Source: Lachnospiraceae bacterium (GTDB lineage: Bacteria; Bacillota; Clostridia; Lachnospirales; Lachnospiraceae). From it: 50,214 bases of DNA. The DNA lies in NCBI GenBank assembly GCA_024403285.1, contig JAKSSB010000001.1, positions 1 through 50,214 of the forward strand, read 5' to 3'. Positions 16,659 to 25,950 of this stretch are shown piece by piece (the stretch's first letter is position 1; every line of letters begins with the position of its first letter). Made by a program: the position numbers and the translations under genes. The notes below the pieces were generated by a model. It ran no database searches, had not been told where the DNA came from, and saw only the letters and a program-made list of their open reading frames with translations.

Positions 16659-19604
16659 TTAATATCTGAGATATTTATACTCGCAGGCGTCATCTGCCAG
16701 AGATTTGCCGTATACTCCGTCATAGTAAGTCACGGACAGATACGAAGCATTTTTGCGAATATAATAAACTTCCTTCGCGCTTACAGCCACATACTCCGTA
16801 CCGTGTATAATATCAACCGGAGTGCTCTTTTTACCGTCATAACAATATAAGGAGTACTCGCTGTCTTCGGATAACGGATTCGTAATGGTATCCGAACCGA
16901 AATCGAGGTACATAATACATTTTCCGTCAAGTGAACGGGTTGCGGTACCCGGAATTATACGGAAGATTATAGTCGCATCATCGGCGCAAAGGCTAAAGTT
17001 TCCTTGCATATTCGGGCGGCATGTATACGCAACATCGCCGTCGAGATTTTCAACCGAGGCAACATTTTCATCGGTAAAAACAATCTTACCTTTATCCGAA
17101 CCCGATAAGCCGACTTTGTAAAGAATGGACTTATCTCCCGATTCGGCCATGAACACGGCAGCATTGTCCTTCTTGGAGAATGCAATCGGTCCTGTCGGAA
17201 TCAGGCCTTCGGAAGCAGGTATTTCCATAACCTTTCCTTTCACGCAGAGTGCAAGGCGCTCGCTTCCTTCCTTCGAATATCTGACAAGAATTCGTTCTTC
17301 ATCACCTTTAATCTCGTAAATTTCCTTTACATCGATAAATATATGCTTAGCTTTCTTTTTGCCGAATACATATCGACCGAGTGTTCCGTCGGAATCCCGG
17401 AAATAAACGCTCTTCAAATCTTCTTTGACACATGCCACATATTCTTCATATGAATCGCAAAGAGTAATCTCTTTTCCGTTGCCGAATGCAGCATGAAGCT
17501 CACCGTTGCTTTCAGCAAGAATTCTTTTACCGTCAGCTGATGCTTCCAGGCATTCGTCGCAGTCATTGCATAAAAGAAGTTTTTCTGTATCCTTTTCTTT
17601 GTTAACAAGTGAAACGTCGCCGTCAGTCGAATAAATCAGAATACTCTTTCCATCTTCTGTAAAGTCAAAAGATTTGCAGTCATCGTCCAATGTGCGAAAA
17701 AGAAAATCTTTCTCATTACTCTCTCTCCGTTCGCCCTCCAGAACATAATAAAGCCGTCCGTTTTCATCGCATTTGAAACAGTCGGATTCATTTATCGCAT
17801 AAGCTGTACCAACCCTGTCTTTCTTATTGACAAATATGAAATTACCGTCCTCGTTAAAATAGAAATTTTCACCGTCGGTAGCAATATTTCCGTCTGAAGC
17901 TCTGTCGTAGGCAAGACCGTCTCCGGGATATACAATCACACCTCGTGTAAGTTTCTCTTTGGAAGATGCACGAAATGAAACAAAAGCTATAATGCCTGCG
18001 AGAATAAGCACTACTGCTATTACTCCGATAATTGTAATTTTACGTATCTGACGATCCTTTTCTTCTTCCTTTGAAACGGTTGATTCAAAAATCGTCTCCT
18101 CGCCTTTTTTCTTTTTCATTCGCCTCTCCTTGCGTCCTTCTTTTGATTTATCAATTTCGATGTAATCTTCATGATTGTCACCGTCGAAAAGTTTCGACGT
18201 ACGGGGACTTAACGTTCCCTTAATTTCATCGGAAGTCAGATGCTCGACAATTTTCTCGAATTCCATTCCGTGAGAAGCTTTGATTAGAACGGAATCATCC
18301 TTCTTGATTACCTTGGAAGCCTCCGCGATAAATTTCTCTTTGTCGGGGAAGTAGAGACACTCGGGAGTCTTCGCATCGCCTTTTGCTGCAACAGCTCCAA
18401 GATATGTACACTTTGAAAGGCGTCCTATGAACACGAGCGTATCAATCGGTTTGGTAACCGCATATTCGCCGACGCTTTTATGGAAAGCTTCTTCATTTTC
18501 TCCGAGTTCAAACATATCGCCCAAAATGGCAACCTTCGGTGTTACCGCTTCGCAAAGGAGGTCAAGAGCGGCTTTAACGGATACCGGATTGGCATTGTAA
18601 CAGTCGTCGATAATCGTAAGTTCGTTCTTCGACACAATGTGGCTTCGTCCGCCGAGCGACTCAACCTTTGATATGCCGTCTTTAATCTCATCTCCCGTCA
18701 GCCCGAAAATCGAAGCAACCGTGGCTGCGGCAAGAGCATTTATAACCATGTGATGTCCGGGAAGCGGAATCGAAACGGGAACTCTCTCACCGTCTTTGAC
18801 AATGACCGCTTCACTTCCAAAAAGTCCTTTATTGACAACATTCTCGGCACGTACGTCGTTCTTTTCACCGAGTCCGTAGAAGTACGGTGCCGTTCCGTTT
18901 ACGTCCCTGACGGTCGAGAGTTTCTCGTCATCTCCGAAAAGACATACGAAACCGCCCGACGACAGATTCTTGAAAATCTCCGTTTTGGCTTTTAACACAC
19001 CGTCTCTGTCACCGAGTTTTTCAAGGTGACAGTCCCCGATATTCGTGATAACCGCAATGTCCGGCTTCGCGATTTCAGAAAGTCTCGTCATCTCACCGAA
19101 GTCGCTTATGCCCATTTCCAGAACAGCGATTTCATGCTCATTGCGAATTTTGAGAACGGTAAGCGGAAGACCGACTTCATTGTTGAAGTTCTTGTCGGTT
19201 TTGAGAACGTTGAATTTAACCGAAAGGACGGAAGCTATGAATTCCTTCGTGGATGTTTTACCTACCGAACCGGTAACTCCCACAACTTTAATCTCAAGAT
19301 TCTCTCTGTAGAAAGCCGCCGTTTTCTTAAGCGCGGTAAAAGAATCTTCAACCACAATGCAGGGACCTGTCACGCCCTCGGGAACGCGTTCGCAGACACA
19401 CGCCAGCGCGCCCTTTTCAAAAGAGCCCGCAATAAAATCGTGTCCGTCAACCTTCGCACCCGGTGTCGCAAAGAAAAGGAAATCTTTCTCTACAAGTCTT
19501 GAGTCGATTACCGCGCCCTGAATTTCACGCGAATCGTCCGGCTCAAAATTGACCGCCGTACCGCCGGTGGCTTTAAGTATATTTGCAAGTGTCATATTCT
19601 TCAT
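16659..19604 (-). CDS. murF: UDP-MurNAc-tripeptide--D-Ala-D-Ala ligase fused to a TM helix and ~430-aa C-terminal propeller-like domain, 981 aa
   Basis: Motifs IDSR, GVTGSVGKTSTKE, NFNNEVGLP, LEMG, DDCYNANP, LGDMFELG and LIKASHGM (MurF ends near aa 456). The ORF continues without a stop through ITIIGVIAVVLILAGIIAFVSF. Confidence 0.88.
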   Translation of the reverse strand: MKNMTLANILKATGGTAVNFEPDDSREIQGAVIDSRLVEKDFLFFATPGAKVDGHDFIAGSFEKGALACVCERVPEGVTGPCIVVEDSFTALKKTAAFYRENLEIKVVGVTGSVGKTSTKEFIASVLSVKFNVLKTDKNFNNEVGLPLTVLKIRNEHEIAVLEMGISDFGEMTRLSEIAKPDIAVITNIGDCHLEKLGDRDGVLKAKTEIFKNLSSGGFVCLFGDDEKLSTVRDVNGTAPYFYGLGEKNDVRAENVVNKGLFGSEAVIVKDGERVPVSIPLPGHHMVINALAAATVASIFGLTGDEIKDGISKVESLGGRSHIVSKNELTIIDDCYNANPVSVKAALDLLCEAVTPKVAILGDMFELGENEEAFHKSVGEYAVTKPIDTLVFIGRLSKCTYLGAVAAKGDAKTPECLYFPDKEKFIAEASKVIKKDDSVLIKASHGMEFEKIVEHLTSDEIKGTLSPRTSKLFDGDNHEDYIEIDKSKEGRKERRMKKKKGEETIFESTVSKEEEKDRQIRKITIIGVIAVVLILAGIIAFVSFRASSKEKLTRGVIVYPGDGLAYDRASDGNIATDGENFYFNEDGNFIFVNKKDRVGTAYAINESDCFKCDENGRLYYVLEGERRESNEKDFLFRTLDDDCKSFDFTEDGKSILIYSTDGDVSLVNKEKDTEKLLLCNDCDECLEASADGKRILAESNGELHAAFGNGKEITLCDSYEEYVACVKEDLKSVYFRDSDGTLGRYVFGKKKAKHIFIDVKEIYEIKGDEERILVRYSKEGSERLALCVKGKVMEIPASEGLIPTGPIAFSKKDNAAVFMAESGDKSILYKVGLSGSDKGKIVFTDENVASVENLDGDVAYTCRPNMQGNFSLCADDATIIFRIIPGTATRSLDGKCIMYLDFGSDTITNPLSEDSEYSLYCYDGKKSTPVDIIHGTEYVAVSAKEVYYIRKNASYLSVTYYDGVYGKSLADDACEYKYLRY

Positions 19605-19679
19605 AAGTTTGTTCCTCTTTCCCGGATTTCATAAAATGCATTAAGCAAGAATCCGTCTGCCGCGTCCGAAAAAATCGGA

Positions 19680-20723
19680 CTATTTGCCGGCATTTTTAAG
19701 TGAAATCTCAATAATGTAATCGCAAAGTGTCGGATAATCCATTCCGATTACCGCTGCTTCCTGCGGAATCAGTGAAGTCGGTGTCATGCCGGGAAGCGTA
19801 TTCGCTTCGAGGCAGTAAACATTTCCGTTCTCATCGGTCATAAAATCGATTCTGGCATAATTCTTAAGTCCGAGAACGTTGAACGCCTCAACCGCAATTT
19901 TCTGAATTTCCTCTGTCAGTTTCTCATCAATCTGCGCGGGGCATGTCTCGACAACGGCGCCGGCCTTATATTTGTTCTTATAATCGTAGAAGCCTTCCTT
20001 CGGTGCAATCTCCACAATCGGAAGAGCCTTTCCCTCGATTACGCCGCAGGTAAACTCACGACCTTTGATATATTTCTCGACAAGCATGGTCTCCGCATAC
20101 TTCGATGCTTCCGCCACGGCATCATCAAGTTCCTTCTCATTCGAAACGATGAAAACACCGATACTCGAGCCGCCGAAACAGGTCTTCACAACAACGGGAT
20201 ATCCCATCAGAGAAGCAGCCCCCGCATAGTCGTCTTTCTTCGTTACGGTCACGGACGTAGGCGTCGGGATATTACCCCTGACGAAGAACTTCTTCGTCAT
20301 ATCCTTGTCCATGCAGATTGCGCTGCTTAAATATCCGGTTCCGGTATATTTGATTCCCATTAAATCGAACGTGGCCTGAATTCGTCCGTCCTCTCCGTTC
20401 GCACCGTGAAGCGCAAGAAAGCAGATGTCTGCCTTTCTGCAGATTTCGAGTACGTTTGCGCCGAAAAAGCCCTCCCCTTCGGGTTTGCTTTTCGCAAGTT
20501 CTTCAAGATCGGGATTCTCCTCTCCGATTTTGTCGATTCCGGCCGCCCAGTCTCTTGTATCATCGAAAACGTTCTCAACATCGACATCTTTTACCCCAAG
20601 ATAAACGTCGATAAGAACCGCTTTGTGTCCTTTTGATTTCAATGCTTCATATACGCCTTTGCCCGATACGAGCGATACGTTTCGTTCGGTGCTGTTGCCT
20701 CCGGCAAGTACTGCAATATTCAT
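19680..20723 (-). CDS. ddl: D-alanine--D-alanine ligase
   Basis: Motifs GGNSTERNVSL, LHGANGEDG, GSSIGV, FYDYKNKY and EANTLPGMT. Start set at 20723. Confidence 0.95.
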   Translation of the reverse strand: MNIAVLAGGNSTERNVSLVSGKGVYEALKSKGHKAVLIDVYLGVKDVDVENVFDDTRDWAAGIDKIGEENPDLEELAKSKPEGEGFFGANVLEICRKADICFLALHGANGEDGRIQATFDLMGIKYTGTGYLSSAICMDKDMTKKFFVRGNIPTPTSVTVTKKDDYAGAASLMGYPVVVKTCFGGSSIGVFIVSNEKELDDAVAEASKYAETMLVEKYIKGREFTCGVIEGKALPIVEIAPKEGFYDYKNKYKAGAVVETCPAQIDEKLTEEIQKIAVEAFNVLGLKNYARIDFMTDENGNVYCLEANTLPGMTPTSLIPQEAAVIGMDYPTLCDYIIEISLKNAGK

Positions 20724-20910
20724 TTCTATATTCCTCTTTCGGTAAAAGATATACCGTCTTTCTTTGTATTTGAATTTCAACCGTGGGCGCAAAAACCCAC
20801 GATTACAATTTTATCACATTCCGCGCATTTTGCAATGTTTACCCGACGCGGGCGGCGTAGCGCGTCTCTTCATTCGCGGTAATTAATCGCTCGAAGTCTT
20901 TTACCGATAA

Positions 20911-21004
20911 TCATTTGACATCCGGCCGTAAAACAAGATACTCATTTGACATTCGACCGTAAAACAGATACTCATTTGACATTCATCCGTAAAAATGATA
21001 ATAT
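20911..21004 (+). repeat. Three tandem 30-31 bp units each containing TTGACA; the third is a complete sigma-A promoter for queT
   Basis: TCATTTGACAT-N4-CCGTAAAA...GATA-like units at 20911, 20942 and 20972. Unit 3 reads TTGACA-17 bp-TAATAT with a TG extension. Confidence 0.85.
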
Positions 21005-21066
21005 CCGCTTGTCCGCATATTACGGCAACGATTAATCCTTACCGTACCACGGATGTAAATTTAATA

Positions 21067-21104
21067 AGTGAGTTCGTGACTATCCTCACTCTAAACAAAA
21101 CTAC
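21067..21104 (+). ncRNA. preQ1 class I riboswitch
   Basis: AGTGAG-TTCGTGACTATC-CTCACT stem-loop followed by the A-rich tail AAACAAAACTA, upstream of queT. Confidence 0.82.
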
Positions 21105-21141
21105 AGCGAATTCGGTGATTCTGTCACCGAAAGGAGAAATT

Positions 21142-21627
21142 ATGCGTAATAAGAAAGTAAAGTATGTTTGTGAGGCTGCAATGATTGCGGCCTTTTATGT
21201 TGTTCTGACATTAATCTGCGATGCCTTCGGGCTTTCTTCGCTTCCCGTTCAGATTCGTTTTTCGGAAGCGCTCACCGTTCTGCCCGCCTTCATGCCGTCG
21301 GCGGTCCCCGGCCTTTTCGTCGGATGTCTCATCGCCAACATAATCACCACGGGAAACCTTCTCGACATCGTTTTCGGTTCGCTCGCAACCCTCATTGCGG
21401 CGTTTTTGTCGCGCGTTCTCGGACGCAAAAACAGGTGGCTTTCTATTCTGCCACCTGTCGTTGTAAATACACTTATTATTCCGCTTGTTCTGAAATTCGG
21501 ACTCGGATTCGGTCCGTACCTTCTGCTCGCTGCCGGAGTTTTCGCCGGCGAAGCTGTATCATGCGGTGTATTCGGCTCTTTTCTTATCATGTCGCTTAAG
21601 AAATACGGTTTTAAGAAAGAAAAGTAA
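21142..21627 (+). CDS. queT: QueT family queuosine-precursor transporter
   Basis: Motifs AAMIAAFYVVLT, QIRFSEAL, GLFVGCLIAN and DIVFGSLATL. AAGGAG RBS before ATG 21142, with a preQ1 riboswitch upstream. Confidence 0.9.
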   Translation: MRNKKVKYVCEAAMIAAFYVVLTLICDAFGLSSLPVQIRFSEALTVLPAFMPSAVPGLFVGCLIANIITTGNLLDIVFGSLATLIAAFLSRVLGRKNRWLSILPPVVVNTLIIPLVLKFGLGFGPYLLLAAGVFAGEAVSCGVFGSFLIMSLKKYGFKKEK

Positions 21628-21632
21628 TCCTT

Positions 21633-22550
21633 CTACCACAAAATCTCGGGATAAACGCCCTTGTCTTTTAATTCTTTTACCGAAGCCTCCACATAAGGCT
21701 TGTCTTCCTTGTACGTTACTCCGAACCATTTGTCTCTCGAAGAAAGCACCTTGACCGTTGCTTTTCCGTTCTTTAAAAGTCTGTCCACTTCAATCGGAAT
21801 GAAGCACTCTGCCTTTAGCGGATTCGCCTCAACTTTGCTTCTGAAGAATTCGTCGAGCGCAATGCCGAGTTCTTTGATGATTCCCGGTGTAAATCCCCAC
21901 ATGTTCATCGAAACGAGACTGTCGGGTGAAATCGGGGTAAAAGAAGCACCGTCGTCCTCGGAGTAAGCTGCTCCGTCTTCTGTCTTGATAATTTTCGTTC
22001 TCTCGGTAACCGATGTCAAAAAGCCCTGGTCATCCATCTCGCAGCATCCTCTCGAAACCGAGCCGTTCTCGGTAAGCGTGTTGCCGAGAAGGTATCCGAC
22101 CATTGCGAAACGGTACTTTCCGTCGTCTTCGGTAGACACAAGATAATCGTAGAGTACCTTAAATGCCTCAACACCGTAATAATCGTCGGCGTTTATAACA
22201 GCAAACGGGCTGTCAATCACATTACGGCACGAATAAATCGCATGCGCCGTGCCCCACGGTTTCGTACGTCCGTCCGGAATCGTGAAAAACTCCGGTACGT
22301 CATTCAAATCCTGAAAAACATATTCCACTTCCATATGGCGTGCTACGGCATCACCGATACACTCCTTGAAGAGCTGTTCATTTTCTTTTTTGATGATAAA
22401 AATTGCTTTTTTAAAGCCTGCTCTGAGAGCATCATAAATCGAAAAATCAAGAATCTTGTCACCCTGAGGGTCAACCGGATCGATCTGCTTGAGACCGCCG
22501 TATCTGCTGCCCATTCCCGCTGCCATGATTACAAGTACAGGTTCTTTCAT
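21633..22550 (-). CDS. Sugar-phosphate nucleotidyltransferase family protein
   Basis: Motifs MAAGMGSRYGGLKQ, KPWGTAHA and VINADDYYG. Confidence 0.88.
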   Translation of the reverse strand: MKEPVLVIMAAGMGSRYGGLKQIDPVDPQGDKILDFSIYDALRAGFKKAIFIIKKENEQLFKECIGDAVARHMEVEYVFQDLNDVPEFFTIPDGRTKPWGTAHAIYSCRNVIDSPFAVINADDYYGVEAFKVLYDYLVSTEDDGKYRFAMVGYLLGNTLTENGSVSRGCCEMDDQGFLTSVTERTKIIKTEDGAAYSEDDGASFTPISPDSLVSMNMWGFTPGIIKELGIALDEFFRSKVEANPLKAECFIPIEVDRLLKNGKATVKVLSSRDKWFGVTYKEDKPYVEASVKELKDKGVYPEILW

Positions 22551-22573
22551 TTCAATCCCTCCGTTTATTTATA

Positions 22574-24688
22574 CTATACCTCAAAAATTAAATCCGCATA
22601 TGTCGGAATCGGCCATAACTCCTTGTCGGTAAGCATTTCGAGTTTGTCGGCCGGAATACGAAGCGCATCCATTGCGACTTTGACTCCGTCACGGTAAAAG
22701 AATGCACTCTCCTTGTGGTCTTCGATTTCTCTTGCTTTGGCGATTGAATCTTTTAAAGTATCAAGTGCGCTTCTCATCTCGGCAAGAAGACCGGAAACCT
22801 CGCATAAAAGATCTCTCTCAACGTCGCACGGCACACCGGCCTGCGTGCAGGCGTTAACGGTTGAAGCGAGCTGTCCGATGAATTTGATTTCCGCAGGAAT
22901 CAGCTGTTTGCTGGCCATGTCGACCATTGTGTTGGCCTCGATATTGATTGTCTTCGAATATGTTTCGTAGAGGACATCCTCTCTCGATTCAAGTTCGGCC
23001 TTCGTGAAAATACCGAATTTTTCGAAAAGTGAAATCGACTTGTCCGTCGTAAGGATTTCAACGGCATCAAGCATTGTCGGCAGATTGGGAAGTCCGCGGC
23101 GTTCTGCTTCTTTTACCCATTCGGGTGAGTAACCGTTTCCGTTGAAAATAATGCGCTTGTGAGCGGTCATGTACTCCTTGATCAAATCGTGAACCGCCAT
23201 GTCGAAATCATCTGCGGCTTCAAGTCTGTCACATGCGTCACAGAACGATTCCGCAACGATTGTATTGAGAATTACGTTGGGATCGCCGATGGAATCGGAG
23301 CTTCCCACCATACGGAATTCAAATTTATTACCGGTAAAAGCAAAAGGCGATGTACGGTTACGGTCTGTCGGGTCCTTAAGTAAGTCGGGAAGTGTCGAAA
23401 CACCCGTTTCAAGAACTCCGCCTTCTTTGATGTGCTTCGCTTCTCCCGTTTCAACAAGCTGTTTGACAACATCTTCAAGCTGCTCGCCCAAGAATACCGA
23501 AACAATTGCGGGAGGAGCTTCATCGGCTCCGAGTCGCAAATCGTTTCCTACATCCGATGCGCTCTGACGAAGGAGATCTCCGTGCAAATCGACTGCTCTT
23601 AAGATGCAGGCGAGCACCAGAAGGAACTGAATGTTCTCGTTCGGAGTAAGTCCGGGATCGAGAAGATTGACGCCCGTATCCGTTGTAAGCGACCAGTTGT
23701 TATGCTTGCCCGAACCATTGATTCCGGCAAAAGGTTTCTCATGAAGAAGACAGGTAAGACCGTGATTCTCGGCTACCTTCTTCATCGTATCCATTACAAG
23801 CTGATTGTGGTCTACGGCAACGTTTGCGGTCTCGTAAATCGGCGCAAGTTCATGCTGTCCGGGAGCCGCCTCGTTATGCTGCGTTTTGGCTGTCACGCCG
23901 AGCTTCCACAGTTCGATGTTGACATCCTTCATGAAAGCGCCGATACGCTCTCTGATGCAGCCGTAGTAATGATCGTCCATTTCCTGTCCTTTCGGAGCGT
24001 TTGCGCCGAAAAGCGTGCGTCCTGCGAAAACAAGGTCGGGACGTTTGAGATAGAGATCTCTGTCTATGAGGAAGTATTCCTGCTCGGCTCCGACCGAGGG
24101 AATAACTTTTTTAGCCTGTGTATTTCCGAAAAGTTTAACGAGACGAAGTGACTGCTCGTTGATAACTTCCATGGAACGAAGAAGCGGTGTCTTCTTGTCG
24201 AGAGCTTCGCCCTTGTATGAACAGTATGCCGTCGGGATGCAGAGAATCTTGCCTACGGCATCTTCCTTGATGAAAGCGGGTGAAGTGATATCCCATGCCG
24301 TATATCCTCTTGCCTCGAATGTCGCACGAAGTCCGCCCGAAGGGAACGACGATGCGTCCGGCTCGCCCTTGATAAGCTCTTTGCCCTTGAATTCAAGGAA
24401 CATTTTACCGTCTTTGTTCGGATGCGTGATAAAAGAATCGTGTTTGGCGGCGGTACAGCCCGTCAGCGGCTGGAACCAGTGTGTATAGTGGGTTGCGCCA
24501 CGCTCAACCGCCCAGTCTTTCATACACTTGGCTACGATGTCGGCTGTTTTACCCGACAGTTCTCCGCCGTGCTCGACGATATTCTCAATCTCCTCGTATG
24601 CTTCTCTCGACAACCATTTCTGCATGGTCGCCAGGGTAAAAACATTCTCGGCGAATATATCTTCAATATTGATTATCTCACTGCTCAT
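22574..24688 (-). CDS. glnN: Glutamine synthetase type III
   Basis: Motifs THYTHWFQPLTG, GEPDASSFPSGGLRATFEARGY, HEKPFAGINGSGKHNNWS and DRNRTSPFAFTGNKFEFR. Start set at ATG 24688. Confidence 0.93.
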   Translation of the reverse strand: MSSEIINIEDIFAENVFTLATMQKWLSREAYEEIENIVEHGGELSGKTADIVAKCMKDWAVERGATHYTHWFQPLTGCTAAKHDSFITHPNKDGKMFLEFKGKELIKGEPDASSFPSGGLRATFEARGYTAWDITSPAFIKEDAVGKILCIPTAYCSYKGEALDKKTPLLRSMEVINEQSLRLVKLFGNTQAKKVIPSVGAEQEYFLIDRDLYLKRPDLVFAGRTLFGANAPKGQEMDDHYYGCIRERIGAFMKDVNIELWKLGVTAKTQHNEAAPGQHELAPIYETANVAVDHNQLVMDTMKKVAENHGLTCLLHEKPFAGINGSGKHNNWSLTTDTGVNLLDPGLTPNENIQFLLVLACILRAVDLHGDLLRQSASDVGNDLRLGADEAPPAIVSVFLGEQLEDVVKQLVETGEAKHIKEGGVLETGVSTLPDLLKDPTDRNRTSPFAFTGNKFEFRMVGSSDSIGDPNVILNTIVAESFCDACDRLEAADDFDMAVHDLIKEYMTAHKRIIFNGNGYSPEWVKEAERRGLPNLPTMLDAVEILTTDKSISLFEKFGIFTKAELESREDVLYETYSKTINIEANTMVDMASKQLIPAEIKFIGQLASTVNACTQAGVPCDVERDLLCEVSGLLAEMRSALDTLKDSIAKAREIEDHKESAFFYRDGVKVAMDALRIPADKLEMLTDKELWPIPTYADLIFEV

Positions 24689-25919
24689 TATCGGCTTCCC
24701 CCTTGATTCTAAGGATATCGTATTTGTCTGCGCGGGCATCAAGTTTAACCGTAATGCTCTGCTTTGCGTGAGGAGCACTTTCCTGCTCTTCGCCCGTTTC
24801 GGTATCGAAAATACCGAGTACGGTTGTTTGGACGTTGCTTCCGTCCGGTTTCATAATTTCAATGACATCACCCTTCGAAAACTTGTTACGCTGTGTCAGA
24901 TGAACGGTCGTATCTTCGCTTTCTTCAACGATTCCAAGATATATATACTCGTTAACGTAGGTGTTGTTGTCATATATTTGCGTGTTCTCATCGGGCTTTC
25001 CGAAATAGAAGCCCGTCGTAAACTGTCGGTATGTGCACTTTGAAATCTCACTGCGGTACCAGTCCATGTTCTGTCTGTACTTCTCGGGAGATTCAAAGAA
25101 ATCGTCAATTGCCTTTCTGTATGTTCTTGCAACCGATGCAACATAAAGAGCCGTTTTCATTCTTCCTTCGATCTTAAAAGAATTGATTCCGGCATCGATA
25201 AGTTCCGGTATGTACTCGATCATGCAGAGGTCTTTCGAGTTGAAAATAAACGTTCCGCGCTCATTCTCATAGACAGGCAGATACTCGCCCGGACGGCTCT
25301 CTTCCATAACCGCATATTTCCATCTGCAGGGATGTGTGCAGGCACCGCGGTTTGCGTCCCTTCCGGTAAAATAATTCGATAAAAGACATCTTCCCGAATA
25401 GGAAATACACATTGCTCCGTGAATGAAGCTCTCGATTTCCATTTCTTCCGGAATGTTCTCTCTTATGCCCTTAATCTCTTCAAGTGAAAGTTCTCTTGCG
25501 CTCACAACTCTTTTGGCGCCCTGCTGCCACCAGAAATTATAAGTTCCGTAGTTCGTATTGTTGGCCTGAGTGGAGATGTGACGTTCCACTTCGGGACAGT
25601 TCTCTTTGGCCAGCATAAACATGCCCGGATCGGAAATAATCAGACCATCGGGCTTAATTTCAGCCATTTTCTTAAAATACTCTTTTGCTTCGTCGAGGTC
25701 GTAATTGTGGGCTAAAATATTGGCCGTCACATATACTTTGACTCCGTGAGCATGTGCAAATTCAATTCCCAGGGCCATTTCTTCGTCGGAGAAATTCTTC
25801 GCCTTCGCACGAAGGCCGAAAACTTCACCGCCGATATAAACGGCATCCGCCCCGAAACATACGGCAGTCTTTAAAACTTCAAGACTTCCCGCAGGCACGA
25901 GCAATTCAGGTTTCTTCAT
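24678..25919 (-). CDS. trhP1: U32-family protein, TrhP1-like tRNA hydroxylation factor
   Basis: Motifs KPELLVPAG, GADAVYIG, HISTQ, HGAMCISYSGRCLLS...CTHPCR and KIEGRMK. Adjacent to the O-methyltransferase. Confidence 0.8.
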   Translation of the reverse strand: MKKPELLVPAGSLEVLKTAVCFGADAVYIGGEVFGLRAKAKNFSDEEMALGIEFAHAHGVKVYVTANILAHNYDLDEAKEYFKKMAEIKPDGLIISDPGMFMLAKENCPEVERHISTQANNTNYGTYNFWWQQGAKRVVSARELSLEEIKGIRENIPEEMEIESFIHGAMCISYSGRCLLSNYFTGRDANRGACTHPCRWKYAVMEESRPGEYLPVYENERGTFIFNSKDLCMIEYIPELIDAGINSFKIEGRMKTALYVASVARTYRKAIDDFFESPEKYRQNMDWYRSEISKCTYRQFTTGFYFGKPDENTQIYDNNTYVNEYIYLGIVEESEDTTVHLTQRNKFSKGDVIEIMKPDGSNVQTTVLGIFDTETGEEQESAPHAKQSITVKLDARADKYDILRIKGEADNEQ

Positions 25920-25950
25920 CGGATTGTCTCTCCAAATTTATACTGTTTTA

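Noticed and set aside
19680-20723. Van-type D-Ala-D-Lac ligase
   Set aside because: The omega-loop region FYDYKNKY is of the ordinary D-Ala-D-Ala type, and no vanH, vanX, vanR or vanS genes are adjacent.
20911-21004. Mini-CRISPR or plasmid iterons
   Set aside because: The units are contiguous with no spacers, no rep gene is nearby, and they are better explained as promoter duplications.
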